Shown here in pieces: positions 1-13,131 of a DNA stretch of 64,000 nt. The first letter of the stretch is position 1. Each line of letters begins with the position of its first letter. The notes under the pieces were generated by a model. It was not told the origin of the DNA and ran no database searches. It was given only the letters and a program-made list of their open reading frames with translations. Where the stretch lies: assembly GCF_022045235.1 (NCBI RefSeq), contig NW_027266297.1, positions 60,016,001 to 60,080,000 on the forward strand, in the 5' to 3' direction. A program made the translations under genes and the position numbers. Source of the DNA: Haliotis cracherodii. Its lineage: Eukaryota.

Positions 1-460
1 TGTGTTACTTAAGTCAAGGAGTGAATGTGTGTGCTACTTAAGTCAAGGAGTGAATGTGTGTGCTACTTAAGTCAAGGAGTGAATGTGTGTGCTACTTAAG
101 TCAAGGAGTGAATGTATGTGCTACTTAAGTCAAGGAGTGTAGGTGTGTGCTACTTAAGTCAAGGAGTGAATGTGTGTGCTACTTAAGTCAAGGAGTGAAT
201 GTATGTGCTACTTAAGTCAAGGAGTGAATGTATGTGATAGCTAAATCAAGTGATTGAATGTATGCGATAGCTAAATCAAGTGATTAATGCATGTGATAGG
301 TAAATCAAGTGATTAATGTATGTGACAGCTTACTCAAATGATTGAATGTATGTGATAGCTAAATCAAGTGATTGAATGTATGTGATAGCTTACTCAAGTG
401 ATTGAATGTATGTGATAGCTAAATCAAGTGATTTATGTATGCGATAGCTAAATCAAGTGA
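1..460. repeat. Minisatellite, 29-bp unit changing to a related 30-bp unit
   Basis: CTACTTAAGTCAAGGAGTGAATGTGTGTG repeats to ~235, then GATAGCTAAATCAAGTGATTGAATGTATGT. Confidence 0.95.
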
Positions 461-1752
461 TTAAACTCATGTCACACCTAAATGAAACGACTGAATGGTA
501 TTTCACTCCACAGTCAACAGTACTCTTTAACTCCGATTCACAATCGCGTCTAGGCCAGGCAAACGCGGGGTTGACAGCATGAGCAGCGTTCCTCGCCACG
601 AGGGTACGATGACACACAATCAGCCAGGTAAAACACTGCAACCGAAGAACAACCAGTAGGCAAATAGTCGGCAGTCAAAACACACAAGGGCAAGGGAAGT
701 ACGTGGGAGGTAATCTGCCCAGGAAGTCTCACGGGTAGCTAAATCAAATATTGTAGAAAAGTATTTATGTGTTGTTTGGCTATAATGACACCAACCTGTC
801 CTTGGGGTTTCTCAATGGTATTTTACTATTTTAGTTTATTATTGGTTTATTTTGGGGTTGTCTCTCCTCGTGAAGCAGGGCGATATATCACTGTAAATAC
901 TCCCCGAAGGACGCTGAATTAACTCAACTCTCTCGCTTATGGCACAGCGTGGCGACGCATTCCACTGCAGATGCCTTGTAGGGTGGGGTGCCAGTATTTT
1001 CACGGTATGTGTGAATGCTACTGGACATAAATCCAGTCTCAAATCTAATAAATATCTTGGAAGAAAGAATGAAATTTATACTTTTTCAGGAAATTGCTTG
1101 CAAGTTTGCAAAAATGCTTTTATCTATTCTGAACATATTAAAATAGATTTGATTAAAACACGCACGCACCTAAACACCCACTCACGCACTTGAACCTAAT
1201 CACCTAACTAAATTCAGAGATATTTTAAATCAATTAGAATTCGAAGTGTAGCTGTTTGGCAAAGTGAAAACGTGGTGTATTGGCGTCATGGATGGTTGAA
1301 CATATAGAAGTTGTGCCTTGATAGGCCCCCGCTCTGGAGCCTCAAACGAGCCAATATTTATCGCCTCGCATGAGTGACCTGCTAATGCCCATTGTGAGGT
1401 CGTGATATGCAGAGCTTTTCCCCAGGGTTGGAGTGGGGAATTCCCCTGTCCGATTTATGAAAGGCTTTTGCCGCTCTTATTTCAAACGGTCTACCAATGT
1501 CCCCAACAGTTGTACCGCGTTCATTGTGGTACCTTTTAATTGACCTGTTATATAAAGGATCCTTTTGACAACAATCTGCGTCTTTCGTATCGATGTTTAT
1601 GTACGAGGTTCACAGCTTGTCAACGCTTATTCTCTAGTCGGAGATAGTTCAGGTAAACGTGTTTGTGATGACATTAATATTAAGACATTTTTTCCTTCAA
1701 TTGATATTACACAGTTGCGGGTGTTACCAAAAGTTGAATCCAGAGGAAACTA

Positions 1753-2076
1753 CGGAAGCCTTTTAGGGACAACTGTTTTTAAAAAAATATTTTTTCGATA
1801 CTATCTTGAAATTTCAAGATACTGAGTTGAAATTTCAAGTATTATCTTGAAATTTCAAGATCATTATCTTGAAATTTCAACTTAGTATCTTGAAATTTCA
1901 ACTTAGTATCTTGAAATTTCATGATCATTATCTTGAAATTTCAACTTATGTATCTTAAAATTTCAACTTATGCATATTAAAATTTCAACTTATATATCTT
2001 GAAATTTCTATTTAGCATCTTAAAATTTCAAGAAAATTTAAAAAAAAACACCCCAAATGGCCCTAAAACGCTTCCG
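1753..2076. mobile_element. MITE with TA target duplication and an internal array of palindromic TTGAAATTTCAA units
   Basis: TA|CGGAAGCCTTTTAGGGAC at the left end and GGCCCTAAAACGCTTCCG|TA at the right end are inverted repeats. The interior (~1800-2030) is a ~20-22-bp tandem. Confidence 0.8.
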
Positions 2077-3248
2077 TAGGAAACGTGAATGAAATCTAAT
2101 ATTTGGGTCAAAAGGAATTGTCTTAACGTTGAAACCTGCCACGATGTTTCTATGCATCTTGTTACACCCATTAGACGTCATAAATCTATATATAGTCCTC
2201 GCCACTTGAAACAGAATCACGAAATATAGCGATGATTAATTAACGCAGAGAGCTGCGTGTGTGCTTATAATTATAAAGTGAAAACAAGCCATTCTATAAC
2301 GAAAATTGCAAATTGCGCTTTTCTAGAAATATCTACATTGCTTGAGATAAACATCATCATTGAATTTTTATCACGTGGTAACAACAGTCAGCTGTAATTA
2401 GTAATTATTACTACCATGAACTGAAAGAAAAAAACTTGATTTATTTAAAGCCCTATTGACTATTTCACTGTTAAATTTAACCGCTCGCAGTCACGTGACT
2501 GCTGAGTCTTACCCGGTATCACTTAATAGGTATTGGCACTCACGAAGCTATCTTCGTTGATTAATCATTGCGGTATTTCTTGATTCTATTTCAAGCGGTG
2601 AGGACTATATATCTTAATGAAAAGATAAATTGTGTTAACTATACTTGTCAAAATCTTGTCCGTATTCAGTCAATTAAGAATTCAATCTCATTAAACTCAG
2701 ATCTAACATAATCAATCATACACGATCAAACATTCTTTCATTTGACTATAGTTAATATGTGCCATGGCATCAGGTGTTCCTAAACTTACTTTGAGTAGTA
2801 TATATAACAAATCCAGGATCATAATCGGACCCCGAATTCACCATCAGCGAATCCTGGCAACTAAGGGAGGCAACTCAGTATAGCATCCACTGTGCCCCGA
2901 GGATGACCATCTTGCCTCGGATTCATAAAGTTACAAACATTATATGACTAAAATCTGCTCCTGTCACAGCCATAAAATGCCACATGCATTTGTAAACATG
3001 TCTTTCATTATTATCCGTAGTCGGAAAACTTGGAGTGAAGTACACGACTTCCTGCTTGAGATAAGAATGAGATTACTGAGTTTAGGTATCCAGCACCAAC
3101 ACTCAGCTGACACTGACACTCCCACCCACCCCCCACCCCACCCCCACTGCATACACACACGTACGCACGCACAGAGAGAGAGACACACACACACACAAAC
3201 CACACACACTTACTACTCACACACACACGCACACACAGATACACAAAC

Positions 3249-3593
3249 NNNNNNNNNNNNNNNNNNNNNNNNNNNNNNNNNNNNNNNNNNNNNNNNNNNN
3301 NNNNNNNNNNNNNNNNNNNNNNNNNNNNNNNNNNNNNNNNNNNNNNNNNNNNNNNNNNNNNNNNNNNNNNNNNNNNNNNNNNNNNNNNNNNNNNNNNNNN
3401 NNNNNNNNNNNNNNNNNNNNNNNNNNNNNNNNNNNNNNNNNNNNNNNNNNNNNNNNNNNNNNNNNNNNNNNNNNNNNNNNNNNNNNNNNNNNNNNNNNNN
3501 NNNNNNNNNNNNNNNNNNNNNNNNNNNNNNNNNNNNNNNNNNNNNNNNNNNNNNNNNNNNNNNNNNNNNNNNNNNNNNNNNNNNNNNNNNNNN
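3249..3593. other. Assembly gap preceded by a CA-rich microsatellite
   Basis: Run of N. Confidence 1.
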
Positions 3594-3925
3594 CCTCTCC
3601 CCCTGACCTAGTTGTTAGATACCTGTAGCCCTACATTGATCAAGGTCACAACGTACACTATATTTATAGCTGTCACTGTGACCAAATCGTGACAAGGGCT
3701 TCACTATGTAAGAGCGGTGGTTTAAATCTGGATAAGGCCCAACACATCATTAAGTGATTAGACATGCGTAGCTCTTTATTCACGAGGAGTTATATACATT
3801 TTACACAGACTCCCTGTATTTGCCTATACTGGTAGAAATTAACGGTCCTCCTTCAAGACTCATTTACACTGGCCGTCCACGTGCAACATCTACATTTACT
3901 GTTAACTAAACTTTATACTGTATGT

Positions 3926-4094
3926 GAGGGCGGTCGGGTAACCTAGTGATCAAAGCGTTAGCTCGTCACGCTGAAGACCCGGGTTCGATTCCCAACATGG
4001 GTACAATGTGTGAAGCCCATTTCTGGTGTACCCCGCCGTGATATTGCTGGAACATTGCTAAAAGCGGCGTAAAACCATACTCACCCACTCACTC
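3926..4094 (+). mobile_element. tRNA-derived SINE family A
   Basis: A-box-like TAACCTAGTG, B box GGTTCGATTCC, (ACTC)n tail, TSD ACTGTATGT. Confidence 0.9.
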
Positions 4095-4239
4095 ACTGTA
4101 TGTATATAGCTGTTGCCATAATACACGGTAGAATGACATTGTGTTAGAATGAATATTGTTTTACTTTCCACTCTGTTCTATTGACGGAACTGAGAGGCAA
4201 CAGAATCTTGGTATAGTTTTATCACAAGATATGAATATA

Positions 4240-5688
4240 TACTGAACCGGAAAAGAATCGTCACCATGGATATGTTTTTGAGAAACCTTATTTGTCCAAA
4301 CACTGTTAACATACTTTGAGACATATTAAAATGATGAAACTTGGCAAAACTGATCATCAAGGTTGAAATTAAAGTGTCAAATGTTCTTAAAGTGAAACAC
4401 AACACTAGTCTCTGAGAAAATGGCATCACAAGTCAGTATCTCGTGTGTCCGCCATGTGCATTGATGACTGCCGTGCAACGTCGGTACATGGAATGGATGA
4501 GGCGGTTGATGAAGGCCATAGGCACTTGAGCCCACACTCCGAGGAACGCCTGACGCAGTTCAGCTGCAGTTGTCGGCCTTGGTCGAACGTCATTCAGCCG
4601 TCTTTGAATCTCGTCCCACAGGTGCTCAATGGGATTTAAATCGGGACTGAGGGTAGGTCACTGCATGGTTCTGGTACTATTCTGCTGGAGGAAGTCTCTT
4701 GTTGCTCTCGCAGTGTGGGCAGGGGCGTTATCATGCTGAAACTCGTGGTTGCGGCGACGTGCCAAAGGGGGGATAGCGTGTGGTCAAGACTTGGTAAATG
4801 TACCGAGCTGCTGTGACACCATTGCCTCTCCCTGGACCGATGTTCTGGAAGACCACAGGGGCGACCCTCTGTGCAAGACTAATTCCACCCAAAACCATGA
4901 TGCTCGAACCACCCCACGAGTCTCTTTCAACAACACAAGCATCCGAATAACGTTCGCCACGGCGTCGCCAGACTCTCTCTCTCTTTGCCATCTGCTGTTG
5001 AGATACAGTAACGGCTCTCGTCTGAGGAGAGGACTCTTCTCCACTGCTGGTGGCACCAATGCTGGTGCTGTGTTGCCCACTAACGACGGTCCCAGAATTG
5101 GTCCTCGGTGTGGTCTGTAACAGTGGACGTGTCTGCTCGTCAATCGTCGACGCACGGTGTCCGCACTAATGTGTGGCTGATGTGTCCCCATGGTCGGCCG
5201 AACAGTTTCCGCAGCAGTAACAAAGCGATCTTAAAGATGCTGTCGCACAATCTGACGATCATAACGTCAGGTGGTGACCCTTGGTCTTCCACTACGTGGT
5301 CGGTCATCTGTAGTGTTAGTAGTCTGGTACCGTTGCTGGAGCCTGTATGTGGTCCTTACGTGGACTTGAAATGCATTGGCTACTTGCCGGGCGGTTTGTC
5401 CAGCTTGCAATCGTCCAGTGGCCTGGTGTCGCTGATTTCTTGTCAATCTTGGCATGTGGTAGCAATTCAATACCGAATGAATGTTATCCGATCTGGGTGG
5501 ATTTTGGTGTGATGCGTTTGGGTGATCGGTTGTACTGTCATCTGCTTTGTTTTTTTATCATCAAATTTCATTTTTCCGGACAAGGTAATGTTAAATTTTA
5601 GAAACTTTGACAAAAAATACCCAGATGTTTAAATGACAACTTTTCATGCAATGTTACTTGGATGTGACGTTTCTTTTGCTGTTCAGTA
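4240..5688 (-). mobile_element. Tc1/mariner DNA transposon, full length, decayed
   Basis: TIRs TACTGAACCGGAAAAGAATCGTCAC and GTGACGTTTCTTTTGCTGTTCAGTA, flanked by TA. Encloses a transposase. Confidence 0.93.
4433..5455 (-). pseudogene. Tc1 transposase pseudogene (stops and frameshifts)
   Basis: MPRLTRNQRHQATGRLQAG...DRPRSGRPRVTT HTH region, HDNAPAH...SPDLNPIEHLWD (DD34E-type), C-terminus RRCTAVINAHGGHTRY*. Confidence 0.92.
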
Positions 5689-6181
5689 TATTTTCTTTTT
5701 AACAGAGCATGGCGAACTTATATTGAAGTAGTTTGTCACGTGTGTGTTGTTCAGCTGAACACTTGACTTGCCTCTCCAAGTGTTTGTGACAGATGACACC
5801 GATGGATACGCTCACCTTTTCGCGAACACCTGGTATCACCACTATTTAATAGTGATTCATGAACACGATACTCACGACATAGCCGGAATCGTAGACTAAC
5901 ATTTAATCTCTGAAATCTTATATTACACAATATCCTTCTTGACTCTAAAAAATAAAATAAAATTCCCTATAGGAATAGAGCTAGCTTGAGCTAGCTAGAC
6001 TTGCTTTTGTATGCATTTCTAGATTATTATTTTTTCATAAAATAAATATATTCCACGGTCATGGTGCAGGGCTATCGGAATCGTACAACGGAGTCTGCTT
6101 TTGATCTAGATGTGTTATGATTATGGAAATATTTTTTTGTTTATATTTCTTATTATTTTGTAGATATTACCATAAGATATA

Positions 6182-6960
6182 GATCGCTTTCTCATCTCGT
6201 GTTATCGCTTTCTCATCTCGTATTATCGCTTTCTCGTCTCGTGTTTTCGCTTTCCCATCTCGTATTATCGCTTTCTTTTCTCGTGTTATCGCTTTCTCAT
6301 CTCTTGTTATCGCTTTCTCATCTCTTGTTATCGCTTTCTCGTCTCGTGTAATCACTTTCTCATCTCGTGTTATCGCTTTCTCGTCTTGTATTACCGCTTT
6401 CTCGTCTCGTGTTATCGCTTTCTCATCTCGCGTTATCGTTTTCTCGTCTCTTGTTATCGCTTTCTCATCTCGTTTTATCGCTTTCTCGTCTCGTGTTTTC
6501 GCTGTCTCGTGTTATCGCTTTCTCGTCTCGTGTTATCGCTTTCTCATCTCGTATTATCGCATTCTCGTCTCATGTTATCACTTTTTCGTCTCGTGTTATA
6601 GTTTTCTCATCTCGTGTTATCGCTTTCTCGTCTCGTGTTATCGCTTTCTCATCTCGTGTAATAACTTTCTCGTCTCATGTTATCGCTTTCTCATCTCGTT
6701 TTATCGCTTTCTCGTCTCGTGTTTTCGCTGTCTCGTGTTATCGCTTTCTCGTCTCGTGTTATCGCTTTCTCATCTCGTGTTATCGCATTCTCGTCTCATG
6801 TTATCACTTTTTCGTCTCGTGTTATAGTTTTCTCATCTCGTGTTATCGCTTTCTCGTCTCGTGTTATCGCTTTCTCATCTCGTGTAATAACTTTCTCGTC
6901 TCATGTTATCGCTTTCTCATCTCGCACTATCGCTTTCTCGTCTCGTGTTATCGCTTTATC
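6182..6960. repeat. 21-bp minisatellite
   Basis: Unit TCGTGTTATCGCTTTCTCRTC. Confidence 0.95.
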
Positions 6961-7829
6961 GCAATCTCACCACCCATTCCAGTCCAAAATTCCCGCTGTG
7001 TTTGTCTTTACATAGTATACATATATTGTCATGATCTCGCAAAATATATTCTTAACCATTGTAAAGCACACATTTGGTCAAACATCTACATTTACGCTCA
7101 TTGCTTGTATAGGTGCTGGGACCTCTGATTCGTAAACACACCTACCTTGCGTGTATGTACTCCGAAAGGTTTTCAAAGAGGTTACCATGGTAACAGGCAT
7201 GTCGGTGTTGGTATGCATCAAGCACACAACAAATACCACATTGTTAAAGTAACACATCTCAGGAACGGATCTAATTTCAGTTTGGCTACAGCACACCCGG
7301 ATTAGTCACAACCCTTGATTTAATCAGTGAAAGGCCCGCCAAGCCCTGCGAACGGAAAACCAATATTATGACACATTTGAATGTGTTGTGGAAAACCAGG
7401 TACATTTCGTGTATAACGTGATCCCGGATAATGAGACATTACCCCTTAAAAGTCCAACAATACATTTCATATATATGCCTGCGCGTTAACAGACATTGTC
7501 GTGACACTGCACATATTCTATAGGCAGTGTATGGGCCTACACATAAGTCTACATCCGGGTTACTTGGTCTACTTGACTAACATCTAGTCTCTGAAATGAG
7601 CAGATTTTACAGAAAAAAAAACAGTTGTTAAGTTATAGTTATAAAATATAATAAAAAGGAGCCCATAGGCTTTCTTCATTTTGAGATTTTGAGATTCTGA
7701 AACTGCAGTAATCTAGACTTGCCAAACATTATAGACATAAATGGGCTGTATTGGATATATTTTGTTTCAGGGTCTGTATTATGGCGCTACCTACACGCCA
7801 TAATGCATTGTACCATTTTGCTTCCATGT

Positions 7830-8105
7830 GTGAGTGAGTGAGTTGTGTTTTACGCCGGTTTTAACAGTATTCCAGTTTTTCGCGGCATGTCAGCTTAATG
7901 TTGGAGGAAAGCCCGAAGTGATGCAGGTCTTAGACGTTTACCACTTCGGTGAAACCCACGAGCACGAGTATGGTGCTGACAAACCTAGAAACATAATCGG
8001 GACGAACCGGGATTCGAACCCACAATCATAGGTTTCTCGCGTGCCCAAGGACGCAACTCTGCACATCGAATTGCGGCGCCTAAGACGACTGGGCCACCCG
8101 TGCCC
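7830..8105 (-). mobile_element. SINE family B (tRNA-like head with long A-B spacer)
   Basis: Reverse complement of the copies at 23248 and 31390. (ACTC)n tail. Confidence 0.9.
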
Positions 8106-8536
8106 TCTTTTTCCATGAAATATTAGTAATACATTGATTATTATCATGAGTCACACATACGTCAGAATGAGAACAGCTGATCTAACTTCATTCAAATTAC
8201 GTTCCCTGATATCAGCACTTTTAAATATTACATCACATAACCACTAACAGGAATACCTGGGTTAAAGAATGTTCGTAAACCCGTTAATCAAGGAACCAGA
8301 AACGTGCTGCCTGTTGCTGTTATAATGGTTTAGTTGGTATTTTGTTTTCTTAAGCACGCTGAGATTGACGTTACCCTCTAAATAATTTCTGTTTGTCAAA
8401 TATGGGACTAAACTATGTGAGAGACATAAGTACCATACATTATGAATCGGAGTTTTGATTAACTTGGAAAAGCCAATCAGTCTCTTTTCCGTGATTACTA
8501 GCGCCCGCCCAAGGAGAAAGACACAATTGAAAATTC

Positions 8537-8784
8537 TGTTTGTTTGTTGTTTAACGCTGCACTCAGCAATATTCCAGCTACAATACGGCGGTCTGTAAAT
8601 AATCGAGTCTGGACCAGACAATCCTGTGACTGACATCATGAGCATCGATCTTCGCAATTGGGATACGATGGCATGTATCAACCATGTCAGCGAGCCTGAC
8701 CACCCGATCCCGTTAGTCGCCTCTTACGACAAGCATAGTTCCCTTTAAGTCAAGCACCTATTCTACCCCGGAATCTTCACGGGT
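8537..8784 (-). mobile_element. SINE-like family C (no tRNA head)
   Basis: Homologous to 62412-62680 and 54734-54912. 12-bp TSD CACAATTGAAAA. Confidence 0.88.
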
Positions 8785-9604
8785 TCACAATTGAAAAGAC
8801 GGACCATGTCTGTCCATTTCTATGCCAGGTCGACACGCTTTAATTAGTCCCGTGTGTCAGATGACACAACGTGTCTAAAGGTATTATTAATTATTGGGAT
8901 AACCATTAACTACTGACCTGAGACTTTTAACAAGAGTTGAGTTTGAAGACAAACTGGAATGTTGATGGTTCAAGTCAATCTTTATACCACAGGACTGTAA
9001 ATTGGCCCCATCCTTGTCCTCCTTCAACAAAGGCAAGCCCGAGTCGTGCGTTATAGACAGTACTGTTGAGTCATTACCGATCCAACTGTTATCTCACATC
9101 CTGAATACAAGCGTTTGCCTTCAGGCCGCCGCTGTCAAGCCCCCGATGTGAAACTAGAAAAGCTTGTACATCATTTATTCCAGGTAGCATCTTACTTTTA
9201 AACAAATGTTAAAGTATTATATACATGAGTATGTATATGTTGCCCTATGCTTTTTTAAAATGATTTGTTATCGTTTAGATTTATATAAGTCCTAATTGTT
9301 CTGTATTTAATATTTGATACCATGTCTCCTTTTTCTGACTTCTTCTTCTTCTTCTTCTTCTTATATCCTTATATACAGTGAGGAGTCGTTAATATGGATT
9401 GAATGGTATACAGTGAACATAAACAGTGAGAATGTTGCAGTACTTATACAACTAATATGTTCATTTCTGAAGGGAATCATTCGCTTCAGTTCAGCAAGCA
9501 CATAATGAATTTGTGGTGATTAACTGCGCTTTTAACAAAAGAATTGTACACATGTGGAGAATCCGACCGTGTTTTAATCGACAAGCGAACACTTTAACCT
9601 CATC

Positions 9605-10088
9605 TACCCTTGAACAGATCGCTCCCCTCGAACAGATCATTCCCCTTGAACAGATCACTCCCCTAGAACGGATCATTCCCCTTGAACAGATCACTCTCCC
9701 TGAACATATCACTCCCCTTGAACAGATCACTCTCCCCGAAGAGAACACTCTCCTTGAACAGATCACTCCCCTTGAACAGATCACTCCCCTTGAACAGATC
9801 ACTCCCCTTGAACAGATCACTCTCCTTGAACAGATCACTCCCCTTGAACAGATCACTCTCCCTGAAGAGAACACTCTCCTTGAACAGATCACTCCCCTTG
9901 AACAGATCACTACCCTTGAACAGATCACTCCCCCTGAACAGATCACTCTCCCTGGACACATCACTCCCCTTGAACAGATCACTTCCCTTGAACAGATCAC
10001 TCCCCTTGAACAGATCACTCCCCTTTGAACAGATCACTCTCCCTGAACAGATCACTCTCCCTGGACACATGACTCCCCTGAACAGATC
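9605..10088. repeat. 18-bp minisatellite
   Basis: Unit CCTTGAACAGATCACTCC. Confidence 0.95.
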
Positions 10089-10914
10089 GATATGTACATG
10101 TAAGACCCAGCTCTGACGTGTATATCAGTCAATGTTCTTGTCTGTCACACAGACCCTGACAAAAATATCCACAACACCCAAAGCAAGTCTATATAAGTTG
10201 GTAAGTCTAGATGACTGCAGTTTCTCTAGGCTCCTTTTTATTGTATTATATCAAGATAATTTAACAAATGTTTTTGTTCGGTGAAATCATTTCTATTTCG
10301 GAGACTAGGTGTCAGTCTAATGAACATGTATAACGTAATTACAAGCGGGGAAGAAGGTAAACTATACGAATTTTCGTCCAGCAGTGCTTCGAACTATATT
10401 CACACCTCGCCAAGCCCACCACAACAACTGAGAATAGACACAAAAGGTATACAACCCACTAAATCTTCACAATACAATGCACGTATTTACTGTCACGTTT
10501 AGAGATGAAATCCTTTGTTGAATCACCAGCCTCGGGCTGTTTGGTTGAAAACAGTATACGTTATGGGCATAAAATAAATAAAATAAATAACATTCCTTTG
10601 TATTGCTTTGTCTTAAAGGCATGCTAGCAAGCGCTGGTCGTGACTCATATGAAGAGCTATGAAGAAAAAAATAGTATCTGTACAGACCCACGGGTGACTG
10701 CGTGAGATCGTGGCACATCTGAAAGTAGGTCAGGGGTAGATATTAACCAGCTGTTGAAGTTTACTACCAGATGTAGCCGGAGTTGACATTGATGTTGCCA
10801 TGCCAACCTGGGCTACTTATACACTTGGTCGTAAATTAAGTAACCGTGTTAGTTTCAATGACTTCCTGTAACGCTAGATTACACTGGTAGATTCAGTGTC
10901 TAAATATAACGTTT

Positions 10915-11216
10915 GATGATGAAGTTTTCACGGTCATGATGATGACTGTGATGATGATGATGATGTTTGATGATGATGATGATGATTGATGATGACTGAT
11001 GATGATGATGATGATGTTTGATGATGACTGATGATGACTGTGATGATGATGATGACTTTTGATGACTGATGATGACTGTGATGATGATGATGATGATTGA
11101 TGATGACTTTTGATGACTGTGATGATGATGACGATGATTGATGACTGATGATGACTGTGATGATGATGATGACTGATGATGACTGTGATGATGATGGTGA
11201 TGATTGGTGATGACTG

Positions 11217-11269
<53 letters not shown>

Positions 11270-11278
11270 ATTATTATT
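10915..11278. repeat. (GAT)n/(GACT) compound microsatellite
   Basis: Directly visible. Confidence 0.95.
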
Positions 11279-11492
11279 GTATACCGCAGGTATCCAGGGA
11301 CTTGTATCTTTGAAATGCGGTTTTATATTTTTTCCCGACCAATGGATCCGTTTGCATTTCAGATATCATTCTCAACTCCCTGGGGAGTATACAACCGAAG
11401 CTGCCTAGGGGCACTAGAAGGTCTTTACATACACCTCACATATCGGGTACCCATTCCCAGCTGGGTGAACAGAGGCACATTTGCCCAGGGTG
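11267..11492 (-). mobile_element. Degraded CORE-type SINE fragment
   Basis: Minus strand reads CCCTGGGCAAATGTGCCTCTGTTCACCCAGCTGGGAATGGGTACC...TATACTCCCCAGGGAGTTGAG and ends in an AAT/CAT tail. Resemblance to CORE domains is from memory. Confidence 0.5.
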
Positions 11493-11902
11493 ACAGCACA
11501 AGTTTTGACACTTGTGTTTCGGGTGTATGTACGCATTCGTGTATCCACCGTTTGGTCATCTACCAACGGACGGGTGGGTTCTATCTCATTAGATTTCACC
11601 AGTATGAACCTATTGCATTTGGATATTCAAATAGTTATACTAAAATAATATTATAATTAATAGAGTTTTATCATTATTACTCGAATATTATTTTGTTAGG
11701 AAAGCCCGTCCCAATCAATCAAAAGTCATCGTCAAATGTATATATTTATGAAACCTTCAGAACTATATTTATGGCCGGCAATAGTTATTTAACACGATAT
11801 ATTATTTGGATCTGCTTGCACATATATAACGATGATTATTGATGACCAGTATGTGTTAACATCCTTTGTATGATCGGTTTAGTAAACGTGTTTGTACTAC
11901 GA

Positions 11903-12182
11903 GTGAGTGGGTGAGTTGGGTTTAAGGCTGCTATTAACAGTATTACAGTTATATCACGGCGTGTCAGCTTAATGTGGGAGGAAAGCCCGAAGTGATGCAG
12001 GTCTTAGGGGTTTACCGCTTCGATGAAACCCACGAGCACGGGTATGGTGCTGACAAACCTAGAAACATAATCAGGGCGAACCAGGATTCGAACCCACAAT
12101 CATAGGTTTCTGGCGTGCCCAAGGGACGCAACTCTACAGAGCGAATTGCGGCGTCTTAGACGACTGGGCCACCCGTGCCCCC
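11903..12182 (-). mobile_element. SINE family B
   Basis: Full length. TSD TGTACTACGA. Confidence 0.92.
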
Positions 12183-12501
12183 TGTACTACGACATTTAAC
12201 AGCAGATAGATAAGGGTCATAGAGACCGAGGTTATTGTTCTGGCTTCTATGTCTATGAAACAGAAAACAAACTGTCATAACAACGATTAATTAATAATAA
12301 ACATAACACTTGACAACAGTGAAAGATTTTATCGTCTACAACCTTCCATCGTAGACATATATATCACAAAATAATACTGCCACTGCACCGTGATGTATTG
12401 GAAACCCTAGTGTGACAATAGTATGGAAACATTACTCTGCCATATTTCATGTTCATAGATCAGATTTGTCACGAATTGGCAACAGTTGTAAAACTCCACC
12501 A

Positions 12502-12800
12502 ATGTAATGGAGAAATGTCCCGAACTGTATCCAGATGATGTCAGATGATGTTTCATATTTAAGTTTCACCATCTCCAGGCGGACGCTCTACCACTAGACC
12601 ACATAGGCGGTCACATGTAATGAAGAAATATCCTGATCTGTATACAGATGATGTCAGATGATGTTTCATATTTAAGTTTCATCATCTCCAGGCGGACGCT
12701 CTGCCACTAGACCACGGAGGCGGTCACATGTAATGAAGAAATGTCCCGAACTGTATCCAGATGATGTCAGATGATGTTTCATAATTATGTTTCATCATCC
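12502..12800. repeat. ~113-bp tandem repeat (about 2.6 copies) containing a SINE-D head fragment
   Basis: Each full unit includes CTCCAGGCGGACGCTCTRCCACTAGACCAC..AGGCGGTC, the reverse complement of the SINE D 5' end. Confidence 0.85.
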
Positions 12801-13131
12801 TTAATATGTGATCAAACCGATCGAAATGTATTGGTCATATATCCGCAGGTCATGTTTTGGCAACTGTGTGAAGCTCCCACATGTAATGAAGGATGGAAAC
12901 GATGCTGGATATGGTCCATATGTTCCAGAAGATCCAATAAGGAATAAAAACTGTACATAGATCACAGATTCAACACGGAAAACCACACAAGATGAACAAA
13001 ACATCTGTAATTCAACCATATTTTGTTTATCTTATTAATTGCAAATTGATACAAACAAACACATTGTTCAATAATGTAGTTGGTTGATACCGTCTCGTCA
13101 GGAATGCCCTGTTTATGAGGAAGAACGGACG

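Noticed and set aside
2944-3606. ORFs spanning N runs (also 47677-48332)
   Set aside because: Gap artefacts. Only the signal-peptide-like start at 47705 was kept.
9491-10116. Long ORFs on both strands (LEQITP and VICSRG repeats)
   Set aside because: Products of an 18-bp minisatellite, with no splice or domain support.
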